From Eledone cirrhosa (lineage: Eukaryota), in assembly GCA_964016885.1 (NCBI GenBank), contig CAXHJY010000102.1, positions 1-64,000 on the forward strand: 64,000 bases of DNA, in the 5' to 3' direction. The position numbers and the translations under genes were made by a program. This document shows positions 50,260 through 62,454 of this stretch, piece by piece (positions within the stretch are counted from its first letter, which is position 1; each line of letters begins with the position of its first letter). The notes beneath the pieces were generated by a model that saw only the letters and a list, made by a program, of their open reading frames with translations, was not told the DNA's origin and ran no database searches.

Positions 50260-50595
50260 TGATGGTCCACCCGGTTCCTTACCACACCTCCTTCATTATG
50301 TGTGTGTGTGTGGATAGAGAGAGAAAGAATATAATAAACATTGTTAAATTCTGAAGAGCCGATTTACCACGTTGCTATTGCAAAGTATTGGAAATTGAAT
50401 TTTCCAATAAATCCCATCAGACCTATGTAATAAATGGGATTTATTGGAAAATTCAATTTCCAATACTTTGCAATAGCAACGTGGTAAATCGGCTCTTCAG
50501 AATTTAACAATGTTTATTATATTCTTTCTCTCTCTATCCACACACACACACACATAATGAAGGAGGTGTGGTAAGGAACCGGGTGGACCATCACA
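50258..50595. repeat. Near-perfect palindrome (160/162-bp arms, 16-bp spacer)
   Basis: 50258-50417 vs 50434-50595; by eye they differ only by one CA unit. Confidence 0.95.
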
Positions 50596-50637
50596 CACCA
50601 GAGTACTCAATACTTAGGGTAGTAGAGTGGGAAATAG

Positions 50638-50723
50638 GAAAATGTTTGACCCCGACGACAGAGCTCAAGCCAGAAATAGCCGTCGAAACGGCTTGATCTC
50701 TGCCGTCGGGGTCAAACATTTTC
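50638..50723. repeat. Hairpin inverted repeat (34-bp arms)
   Basis: gaaaatgtttgaccccgacgacagagctcaagcc / ggcttgatctctgccgtcggggtcaaacattttc (2 mismatches). Confidence 0.9.
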
Positions 50724-51546
50724 TATATATATCATCGTTTAATGTCTAATTCCATGCTAGCATGGGTTAAACGGGTGTCCTATTTACAGGCAAGTTGGGT
50801 TGGGTGTCCGTGTCTTGCTCATATAGGACTGTTTCTGGCTGGTTTTCTACGGCTGCCAACCACATTTACAGTGTGTGCGCTGGGTGCTTTTTGCCATGTC
50901 TTTTGCACGATATATATACACACACACACACATTCAAATCTTAAATGAGAGTAGAGATAGATATATAAGATTTAAATGCCAGACGTAAATGCAGGTTGTG
51001 GCTCAATGATCATTCATGCAATCCTAATAAGTGCTGCAATAGAAGTGAGGTTAGAGCTTATAAAGAGTTAGTGATGCATATAGAAGATAAGCAAAGCGTT
51101 TATATTCAGAATTAAAAGGAGTCTCCGTAATTTACATGCTGAAAAATGTTTAGTTTTCATTTTAGCATATGTATTGTTTGGGAAAAGTGTTGTTCTAAAA
51201 TGCTTCATATAAGTTTATTTTAAGCAATGTTCTTATTAAACTATGTTTGTTTATTCTGAGGAAGGTGTACAAATGTAAGTTTCAGAAACTTCTGATTAAC
51301 AGTCAAATTCTGGCTATTTGATTTTGAGATTCCACTCTTAACATCTTAGCACTAGAAGCAATCGTAAGTGAATAAACTTGTTTAACCCTTTAGCATTCAC
51401 ATTATTTTATATATACTATTATATTTTCATGGTAAAGGCTTTACCTCACATAATATTGAATCTATGAGATTTTGAAAGTATTTATTTTGAGAACAATAAC
51501 TTAACATCAGTTTGAGCGATCAGTTACAGCCAGTTTCAACAGAAAG

Positions 51547-51686
<140 letters not shown>

Positions 51687-51794
51687 TAGTAATAATAATA
51701 AATGTGAAGCCGAAAATCCGAAGAGGGCTAGATAAGGATAATATATATATAAAAATAAGAGAGCATTGAAGTTTGCTTGAAGCATTGTGGAATA

Positions 51795-52311
51795 ATAAAA
51801 TTGTTCGTTTTGGAAGCCTCAATAATGCAGATGGGTAAATCTCCGGGTAACAGAATCAGGTGGTGATGAGAGAGATGTAAGAGAAAATGTAGAGTGAGAC
51901 GTATAGGGTGTAGAGGAACGTAGGAAAGAGTATAAAAATAATAACACGAGATAGAGTTACCTTGGAAGTGATTTAATTGTCCCTATATTTCGGATTTCGC
52001 ATCCATCAACTGGGGGTTTTCCGATAGGGAAAGTTTTTAGTTGGAGAGGGACAACACGTGGCCTCTGTTGTCTGCCATTTGTGTACACAAACCCCCAGTT
52101 GATGGATGCGAAATCCGAAATATAGGGACAATTAAATCACTTCCAAGGTAACTATCTTGTGTTATCATTTTTACACTCTTTCCTACGTTCCTCTACACCC
52201 TATACATCTCACTCTACATTTCCTCTAACATCTCTCTCATCACCACGTGATTCTGTTACCCGGAGATTTACCGATCTGCATTGTTGAGGCTTCCAAAACG
52301 ACCAATTTTAT
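51795..52311. repeat. Long fold-back inverted repeat (~225-bp arms, 69-bp spacer) containing a hammerhead-like motif
   Basis: 51795-52019 is the reverse complement of 52089-52311 with scattered mismatches. Confidence 0.93.
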
Positions 52312-52599
52312 ATATATAAAAACCGTAGAGCAAATATTTATTAAAATAACAGATTAAAGTTTAAGCAAAAAATTGCTGCTTTCACCCTTAACACATCATC
52401 ATCCTCATCACTGTTTAACATCCATGTTTCCACGCAGGCATGGTTTAGAGGAGTTATCCTGATGTGAGCAATACCTGGTCAGGTGACCATGTCTTGTTCA
52501 TATAGAACCGATTTGGGCTTGGTTTCTACAGCTGGATGCCCTTCCTCACACCAACACACACACATGCACATGCTAACACATACAAATGCTTTAGGGTTT

Positions 52600-53975
52600 C
52601 AAAAGCATTCTACACTCATTTATGATTTTGAAATTAGCATTATCATACGAGATGGTGACAAACTATTTGATGCAGCTATGGGCTCACATTATAGGCTGAG
52701 GTTTGTTAGCTGCTAGGATTATGTATGTCAGCCTCTCTCTGGAAGAATTTCAACCTTATAGGTTTGGGCTTTAAGGGATGATGGCCTGTTAATTTTCAGC
52801 CATATGAACTCCCATCAACTAAAAAGAACTTATTAATACATTCAAAGAATCTCATTTAAGAATTCCAATTACTACCGATATCAATCTAGTCAACATTTTA
52901 GATACCATGTTAAATCTAAGAAGAGGTAAAAATTACTTCTGTAAGAAGCCAAATGAGAATTTTGTATATATTAATAAATCCTCCAGCTACCTCCACTCCT
53001 TAGTCTTAAATAATCTATTAAATAACATCAGTTACCACTCTTTAGCATCTCAAAGGAAGTTCTCATTGTGCAGCACTCCATTATTGAAAGAGAATGGATT
53101 GTTCAAAATAATACAGTATGGATTGCAAAATTAAAACAGCAACATGCAATATTATCTGATTTAAACCTCCTTTCGGCCTGAGTGTAGCATCCAATATTAA
53201 ACAAACTTTTTCTGAAACCTGGTTGTAGGCACCACAAAATATTTACAAGGGACATTTTGAAAGTTAGCTACAGCTATAAGAATTTGATTTCCAACATCAA
53301 CAAAACAAAAATTACAGAAGCTATAATGAAAATATCCCATCAGTTAATGTAACCCAGTGTAATTGTGCCAACATTGACTTATACTCCCTTGGCAGTAAAC
53401 ATCTTAGGAAGGGTTTGGCATACTCTGCCAAAGTGAAGTTGGCAGATGAGAATGTATGTACCTTTTTATGCTTAACCCTTTAGCATTTACATTTCTTTAA
53501 ATATACTTTTGTATTTTCTATGGTAATTATCTTACATAATATCGAATCTATGAGATTTTGATGTTATTTATTTTGAGAACAATACCTTAACATAAGTATG
53601 AGTGGCCGGTTACAGCCGTTTTGAACAGAAAGAGTTGAGAGAATTCTGGCCTGATATAGCCAGTTTAAATACTAAAGGGTTAATGGAACATACATTTAAA
53701 GGCAGATGTAAACAGTATATATTCTTTTAAACATTCAGGAAGAACAAACACCACCTACTTGTTGCAACACCTTTTGGAACTAAACGATAAAGGTGGTACA
53801 AATGTTAAAACACTGTGGTCAATGGTAGAATTTACTAAATTATATCCTGGTGCTATGTATTTTACCAGTGAGAAATTTTCATCTTGAAACCTTCTGCCCG
53901 CTTACAGAATTGAAATGAGTTAGTCTTTAAATGTCGTCACAAAATAAGTTTATCTTAAGAAATTTTATCGTTTCA
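52600..53975 (+). mobile_element. Degenerate Penelope-like element (RT + GIY-YIG remnants), interrupted by a MITE
   Basis: Ordered broken motifs FDAAMGS, (GL)RDDGL, FLD..LNL, KKPNE..YINKSS, I*FKPPF, CNC....PL, E.TFK.R and KCRH, typical of Penelope-like ORFs. Confidence 0.7.
53476..53679. mobile_element. piggyBac-type MITE (CCCTTTAGCATT family)
   Basis: TIRs and TTAA target duplication; inserted in the Penelope-like remnant. A truncated copy lies at 51386-51550. Confidence 0.87.
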
Positions 53976-55353
53976 GGCTGAACACACCAACTTTTTAAGT
54001 GGAATTTCTTTAAAATTCCTTTTTCTGGAAGGGGAGAGGGCGTTCTTTTATCCCTTTTGTTAATTCATTGGAGTTATATAACTCAAATTTGGTATCAAAC
54101 CCTTCCTAATAGCTAAATATTTGGCAGAAGGCTGAAAATTATTAGTAAACTGCCATGTCTTTACTTGGCTTTTCTGAATATTAGCAATAATGACTTGATG
54201 AGTTTGTCTTCAGAATCTTGTGAACATTTCTATTTCACTTTATTTAAATTAAATACGGAACATTTTCACTTTAACTTAGTGAACAATTGCATTTTGCTTT
54301 ATTTTCTTATTATTATTTTATTCCATTATATATATTTATTTAAGCACCACTACTCTATACTGTAATTGTACTGCTCTTCCAGTTTTACTATTTACCTTTC
54401 TTTCCTCCACCTCTATTACCATAACTTCCCATTTTTACTGGAATTTGTCTATTTTTGCACTCCTTTGAAAAACATACATTCTTCTTCCCCCACCTCTCCT
54501 CTCTTTACTTTCCCTTTCTATTTCACCCCCCCCCCCCATGTATCTTCAATAACCTATATTTCTCTTTCTTTCTCTCCAATTAACCTCACACCATCATTAG
54601 AGATTATGTTCCTCTCTATTTGACAGACACCCTTTTCCATACTTCTCTTTGACAGACTCTTCCATACTTCTCTTTGATAAACATATCTCTCTAGTGCCTT
54701 GCACCTCTCCCTCCATATACTTTTTCTTTCTGCTCTAGTTCTCTCTCACTACTCTCAGTTATATAGCCACAGTACCTTAATCTTTCTTTTCACTTTCTGA
54801 CTCCCTCCCTAATAAACATAGGCTTGCAATGCAAAACTTATTGAATCAATTATGATACACTCTGATAAAATAGCTGTTTTACCATCTCTCTTTCTCTCTC
54901 TCAGTATATTTATGTACTGTTTATCTAATACAAATACTTATATTTGTTTATTCTTTCTCTTCTGTGTCACCCCTCTTCCTTCTGTCCCCTTCTGTTTCTG
55001 TCTCCCAGCCCTCTCTTAAACACACACACACACACACCTCCTGTTTTTAATCTATCTTTTACTTATATAGACATACCATGCACAACCATCATATTTCTAT
55101 TTATATTTAAATAGAATCCTTGACCAAATTATTTATAGTTAGAACAGCCTTTAATTTAAAAGACAGATTTGGGGGGAATAAGTAACACCAAACAATGGTG
55201 AAAAATCTGTTTCACTTTGTTTTTTTCAACTTTAGTTTAAATATTGAGTACTTTTTCCATGTTTATCACACACAGACACACCTATGTGTGTGTTTTATAT
55301 AGGTGTGTTTAAGAGAGGGCTGGGAACACACACACACAAGCGTGCGTGCGTGC

Positions 55354-55409
<56 letters not shown>

Positions 55410-56240
55410 AATACAGAAAGGGGGTAGATAAACATTTTATAAGGTGTACAAGGACGCACAAGGAGTGGAGTGGGATCACCTGCAAGCTAACAGAGAAGGT
55501 AGGCAGACATATATGGCATGGCAGATGCACAGCAGGAGTAAGCACTAAAAGTATGCTTGAAATAGATACTTTCAAATGCCAGGAAAGTCCCCTTAGAAGT
55601 TGATAGGTTTTGTTGTTGATTTTTTTTAAATTATTTTTTTTACCTAGGTGACTAATTAGCGGTGGGGATGGGTGCTCTGAAAGCATAGTAGCCAGAGTAA
55701 AAATGGAGAGGAAAAAATTGAAGGTTTTACATTTACTGGTTATAAAGAATTTTCTCCTTCAGAGGCAAAAGCAACTGTAGGGTACTAGAGTACAAAATGT
55801 GATGCTGTATGATAGCAAGATGTGAGCCTTAAATGAAGATTTGTGAAGGCTAGAAAGAAATGAAACAGGCACACTCCAAGGGATCTGTAATGTTAGTGTA
55901 CATGGAGGACGACACACAAATGAGCTGAGAGAGAACTGGATATAAAAGGAATTAGATGTAGTGTGAAAGAGAGAAAACTGTACAGATACAAAAAAAATGA
56001 TGAGTATGGTGGATATATGATAGCTCAATAAAGAAGTACAAGGCACACAAAGTGAATGGAACCTGTGAAAGAAGAAGGCCACATAAGATATATGACAATG
56101 CACTAAAGCCTGATCTCAGAATGCTGGATTTCAGAAAGGAAATTACAAAGAACTATTATGATTGGTGACACATGATACTGGGAAAGACCTGCCAACATGT
56201 ACAATTATGGCAAAGCAAACATTAAGCTGATGATAGCGAT
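55410..56240 (+). mobile_element. Decayed RTE LINE 3' part
   Basis: YRKGVDKHFIRCTRTHKEWSGITCKL...GRCTAG and ISGGDGCSESIVARV, homologous to the 47714-48796 ORF. Other decayed pieces near 16500-16800(+), 42360-42640(-) and 61545-61850(-). Confidence 0.7.
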
Positions 56241-56291
56241 GGAAACTGAATTGTAACTATATTTGTGTCTCTTACCCAATATGTCTCTTAA

Positions 56292-56512
56292 CCCTTTAGC
56301 ATTTAAACCGGCTGTATCTGGCCAGAATTCTCTCACCTCTTTCTGTTCAAATCAGCTGTAACCAGCCACTCATACTGATGTTAAGGTATTGTTCTCAAAA
56401 TAAATAATATCAAAATCTCATAGATTTTATATTATGTTAGATAATTATGTGAGGTAAATCCTTTGCCAATAAAATATAATAGTAAATATAGAGTAATGTA
56501 AATGCTAAAGAG
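56292..56512. mobile_element. piggyBac-type MITE (CCCTTTAGCATT family)
   Basis: TIRs and TTAA target duplication, opposite orientation to 53476. Confidence 0.87.
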
Positions 56513-58686
56513 TTAAACATCTCCATCTGCTGCTTCCACTACCTCTGATACTCTCTCATCTCTCTATTACTCACTCTCCTATTCACAATGTCAAATTGCT
56601 TGTATAATAAGGGATGACATCGAATCTGTCTGACATTCTCATCTCTCTAACAATCACCCACTTTGTCACCTGTGCACTGAAGGATGGCATTGGACTTCTA
56701 TGTATGCAATCTCTTCTCACTAACTTTATTACTTCTCTCTTCTATCACAACATTTATGTATGAGGAACTGCATCTGATTTGTTTGTGCTTGATACACAAT
56801 ACCATCACCTTTTCTGAAATGCCAGCCATCATTCCCTCTCCCCCAAAACACTTAATATCCACCACTCACTGTTATGTCTCTCTCACAACACAAATATGTA
56901 GTTGAGACCACTGTCTCACTTCTATTCCTTCCACACTCCAAACACAGTTTCTCCCATCATGCCCCCACCCCCATTTCATTCACCTCCTCACATCCACGAC
57001 ATACCTTCTCCCTCTTTCCCTCCCCCACATGCCATACACCCATGACATCAAAGTTGTTCTTCCTTTCCATTTATCATCACTCATCCATAATATACTTATC
57101 CTTCTTACCTCCCTCATGCTATTGCAACCCTACAACTACCCCATAGTTTGTGATGACCCATCCAACTCTTGTTAGTAGGTAAAACCTATGTTAAATGATG
57201 TGCACCACAAAACAAAAACAAGATGGAGTAAAAGTTTAAGACCAGAAAGAAGAGCAGGCACAAAACAGATAGTCATTGAGGAGATCACAGAATGTGTGAT
57301 GAAAGAACTTTGACAAACAAATAAATAACAATTAATAAAGATAAAGTGTATATAGTACCTGTGTTTTTTTCTACTGGCAATATGACCATCCCCAAATATA
57401 ACAATACCAGGCCTGATTGGGAACTTTATAATTTTGATTCTGCAAAAACACTATGCATGTTTCAATGGCCCAGCTTCATCATCCGAATATGATGCAAGAC
57501 CCAGACAATTTCATCATCAGTTGTTAATTGCAGAATAGGTTATATAAGAGAACAGGATTTTGGCAAACTCAAATAGAAAATATAGGACCGATTTGATTGG
57601 GGGGGAAGGGGGGGGGGGGGGGCAAATTCTGTGTCATTGTAATGGCAGGTCATCCCTGTATGTCACACAGGCCAAGCATTATGGGTTAGTAGGTGTGAGG
57701 GAGGGGGTGGGGGTTGATAAGTGGTGGCAGAACTTCTACTATTCTTAGAAAATGCCTTTCATTAATCACACCCATGTCTACCACTACTACAAAAGGTCAA
57801 TGGGTATTAAACTCTATGTCAGTAGACACTAGCAGAAAGCCAGTGTAGCATGACAGTTAAGAAAAGATAAATTGTGCATAAGTGGGTTTGTGCGTACTTG
57901 TGTGTGTGTGCAGATATACACATATATGTGTGTATATGTATGCCCACACACACGTGTAGATATGTATATGTGCTTGTGTATGGATGTTGTGCATGTGAGT
58001 GTGTCTATGTGTATACACATTTTAAAAAAAAGGATAGTTTTTCAAGAGTGATTTCACTGGAATTATCACCACAGCTGGTGATAAACTTTCAAATCCCGTC
58101 GAGGTTAACTTTGCCTTTCATCCTTACGGGGTCGATAAAATAAAGTACCAGTAATGTACTGGGTAATTGCTGGCCTTGTGCCTAAAGTAGAAACAATTAT
58201 GCCTTGAACTATATACCTATATATGTACACGCATACATACTTATATATATATAAACATGTATCATCATCATTTTTATGTCTGTCTTTCTGTGAGTCGGCC
58301 AAGTTCCCTTTCTGGAGGGATCACCAAATATCCTGCTTGACACCAACCCATACCATATCTTAAGTATGGTATATATGGCTGATGTCAGTGGAATCTGAAC
58401 CCACTACACTATTGGACATATTGTTTATGGAGAACAGTAATACCTGCCGCTGAAGGCTTTTTATAAACGGTGTCCATATGACATTTACAGTGAATGGCAT
58501 ATACACCACATACATTTAAGTGTGTGTGCACACACGCACATGCATATGCCATTCACTGATATATATATATATATATATATATCAAGTAAGAATATTTTCT
58601 AAACACCGAGTTGGTTTGAAATTATTAGAAATGTAAGCTTTCGCTGTATTTTGACTAAAGAAATTACGGCGATAGCTTACATTTCT

Positions 58687-58729
<43 letters not shown>

Positions 58730-59107
58730 AATTAAAATACTAGAGTGCTTTTGAGTAAAACACACTCGTCGTATTATAGAAATGACAGTATAGGGTATAG
58801 CTCAATGTAATACAACAAAGCCGAAAAAAAAAAAATATATATATATATATTCAATTTAAAACTAACTACAAATTAACAGCTTCAATGCACATTTTTTTTA
58901 CTATGAAAAATATTCTACGTTGGGCATATAAGCCCCTGGACGAAAAAAGTGGACAATTTCATGTGTAAAACTTGATCTCAGATCTAAGGTATACTGCAGC
59001 TGTGCTATCATTACACCAAAACGAAACTTGCTCAACAGTTCTATATATATATTTTATACGATTGTATTATCAACTAATTTAACCCCCCCCCCCCCACACA
59101 CACACAG

Positions 59108-59433
59108 GAAGGTGCATAGCTTAGTGGTTAGAGCATTGGACTTGCAATTGAGAGGTTGTCAGTTCGCTTCTCAGACTGGGCTTTATGTTGTGTTCTTGAG
59201 CAAGGCACTTTATTTCACGTTGTTCCAGTTCACTCAGCTGTAGAAATGAGTTACGTCACTGGTGCCAAGCTGTATCGGCCATTGCCTTTCCTTTGGACAA
59301 CATCGGTGGCATGGAGAGGGGAGGCTGGTATGCATAGGCAACTGCTGGTCTTCCACAAACAACCTTGCCTGGACTTGTGTCTCGGACTTTCTAGGTGCAA
59401 ATCCCATGGTCATTCGTGACCAAAGGGGGTCTT
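59108..59433 (+). mobile_element. tRNA-derived SINE with alternative tail
   Basis: Same tRNA head and body, different tail (gagttacgtcactggtgccaag...gaccaaagggggtc); related inverted copy at about 38220-38460. Confidence 0.8.
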
Positions 59434-59586
59434 TACTATACACACACACACAGACACACATGTATGGATATGACTGGCTTAGTGGTTAGGGTATTCAGCT
59501 CATGACAATAAGGTTGTGAGTTTGATTCCCAAACCAAGAAGCATATTGTGTTCTTGAGCAAGACAGTTCATGTGTATATATGTATA

Positions 59587-59977
59587 TCATCATCATCACC
59601 GTTTTACGTCCGTTCTTCCACGCTAGCATGGGTTAGACGGGTTGTCCTGTTGTGGGCAGTGTCTGGTCGGCTGACCTTGTCTTGCTCATACGGAAACTGA
59701 TTCTGGCTTGATTTCTACAGCTGGATGCCCTTCCTAACACCAACCTCATTTACAGTGTGAGCTGGGTGCTTTTTTGCCGTGGCACCTCCACGACCACTTT
59801 GCAGTGGAATGATAGGGACCCTAGTCCCTATCATCTCACTTCTACAGCTGAGTAAACTGGAGCAATGTGAAATAAAGTGTCTTGCTCTAGGAAACAACAC
59901 ATCACCCGGTCCGAGTATTGAACTCACAACCTTTCAATTGCAAGCCCAATGCTCTAACCACTAAGCCATATGCCTTC
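59587..59977 (-). mobile_element. tRNA-derived SINE (same family, longer RTE-like tail)
   Basis: Same head and body as 46842-47172; (GAT)n tail at 59587-59598. Confidence 0.87.
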
Positions 59978-61961
59978 ATCATCATCGTTTAACGTCCATG
60001 TTCCACGCTTGCATGGGTGTACATACATATATATATATATATATATTCAAAATAGGGAGTGCACAGGACAAAGACAATGGAAAAAAGCAACGGAAAGACA
60101 ATGGAAAAAAAGCAACGAAAGACAATCTCATCTCATCTCAGTCAACCTCTGGAAATCGCTATGGTCTTGGCACATAGTCGATATTCATTCCAGTGTACAT
60201 TGAGACATAACAAAACAGGTAAAGACAAGTTTTGCCTTTCAGCAAATTACAGAAATATAGAGTGTGCAAATTAGCCAATGGAGAAAAATATAGAAAGGAC
60301 AGAAATAGTAAAACAGAAGAGAATAAGGACCATTGTCCAACATGCAGACAAAGGCAAGAAGGGAGAATAGGGGAAAACAGGCCAGGCAGTGTGATGTTAA
60401 CTATATGATAGTTTCAAAAAATGCCTGCATGGAAAAAAAAAAACAATAGAAAGATGGACAGTCCCATATCCTCAGTCAACCTCTGGAAATCATAATGGTT
60501 TCATTAAGGCTGATACCATTCATTCCAGTGCACACAGAGACATAACATAACAGGTAGAGACAAGTTATGCCCTTCAGGTTGAAATATATATATAAAATAG
60601 AAGTAAAACGGTGATTATATATATATATATATATATATATGCCCCCACACCCTCCCACTGCAAAGTGGTCGTGGAGGTACCACAGCAAAAAAGCACCCAG
60701 CCTACACTGTAAAGTGGACGTGTAGGCGCCACAGAAAAAAAGCACCCACCACTCACTGTAAATGAGGTTGGTGTTAGGAAGGGCATCCAGCTGTAGAAAT
60801 CAAGCCAAAATCAGTTCCCGTATGAGCAAGACAAGGTCAGCCGACTGGACACTGCCCACAACAGGACAACCCGTCTAACCCATGCTAGCATGGAAGAACG
60901 GACGTAAAACGGCGATGATGATATATATATATATCATCAATGGCGTGGAGGGGGCCCCTGAGACCAGTAAGACAACCTCTTTAGTGCTGGTGCCACAAAT
61001 AAAAGCACCCAGTCCATGCTGTAAAGTGGTGCTGGTGTTAGGAAGGGTATCCAACCAATGTATTAATGCCAAAACAATTATGAGCACAACAACAAATCAC
61101 AGTTTCACGTCCATGTTCAGGGGCTTGGATTAAATCGATATTACTGTTATCTACTTTTTTTTCCTAATTTATATAAATCATTAATTTAGCTTCATAAATA
61201 CTTATTTTATTTTCATATCGACATGTAAGATTATATAACTAAAAGGGTTGTTTGTTAGGAAGGGTGCCTGGTGGTGATGGTATTTATGAGGTCAACTTTG
61301 CCTTTCATCCATTCAAGGTCGATAAAAAAAGTACCAGCTTAGTACTGGGGTTGATTCTTCCTCTATCTCTTTCTCACTTCAATTTTCCCACTCTCTATCT
61401 TTCTCTGGAAGAAATGTACTGTATTCAAATCTGGAGAGGAGATGGGTTCAGCCATGTTTTAAAATACCCTAGAAACACTATATGTCATATATGTTGCCCC
61501 CACGACTCCCTCAGGAGTTACAGGACCACACACACACATATATATCATCATCATTGTTTTATGTCGGCTTTTCCATGCTTGCTTGGGTTGGACGGGTCCT
61601 TCCCATCATGGCATCTCTCCACACATTGGATCCTTTGTCTTTGCCTCTGTGAGGCACAGTGATCTGAGGTCAGCTCCCTACTCCCTTTCTACATATTGAA
61701 TAGGGCCACTTCCCTGAAGGAATCAAGGTCCTATCTTCTCTCCTACTCACTAGCACTTTAGTTTTGGCTAAGTTTACTCTCAGGCCTTTTGATTCTAAAT
61801 TCTGTTTCCATAGTCGGAACTTATTTTCTTTAATGGCTATAAGCACCAAAATATTATGGTCGACTTAAGAGACATCAACATGAATGGACCTGCTATTTTT
61901 ATCTAAAGACATTTTTTCCAATTCCAACCCGCCCATCCCCTTTATCTTATTTCTCATTCTT

Positions 61962-61997
61962 TCTTTTGATGAAGGACTAGCGTCCGAAACGTTAAGA
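61962..61997 (+). ncRNA. Minimal type-I hammerhead-ribozyme-like motif (C3>U variant)
   Basis: UCUU-UUGAUGA-A-GGAC(UAGC)GUCC-GAAA-CG-UU-AAGA: helix I UCUU/AAGA, helix II GGAC/GUCC. The homologous copy at 3320-3355 keeps CUGAUGA. Confidence 0.65.
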
Positions 61998-62078
61998 CCC
62001 TCTTCCTGCTCTATCAAACATTAACCTAATATATCCCTTCCATATACTGTACCGATTGTGTTATTTCTGTTTACCCTT

Positions 62079-62131
<53 letters not shown>

Positions 62132-62229
62132 AAATGTGTGAAATCCTTGGTACAGCTAGGTATATTTAAAAAAAGGAAAAGAATGACTTCACTTGTAGTT
62201 CTAAACAATTTGATTTAATTTTATATTAT

Positions 62230-62414
62230 GAGGCACATGGTTTAGTGGTTAGAGCATTGGCCTTACAATCGAAAGGTTGTGAGTTCAATTCTCAGACCGG
62301 GTGATGTGTTGTTTCCTTGAGCAAGACGCTTTATTTCTCATTGCTCCAGTTTACTGAGCTGTAGAAATGAGATGATAGGACTGGGGTCCCTATCATTCCA
62401 CTGCAAAGTGGTCG

Positions 62415-62415
<1 letters not shown>
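62230..62415 (+). mobile_element. tRNA-derived SINE, 3'-truncated
   Basis: gaggcacatggtttagtggttagagcattgg...gagttcaattc head, ending in (TA)n. Confidence 0.85.

Positions 62416-62454
<39 letters not shown>

Noticed and set aside
51246-51308. CTGAGGA...GAAAC...GTC hammerhead-like order of motifs
   Set aside because: Helices I and II do not pair convincingly.
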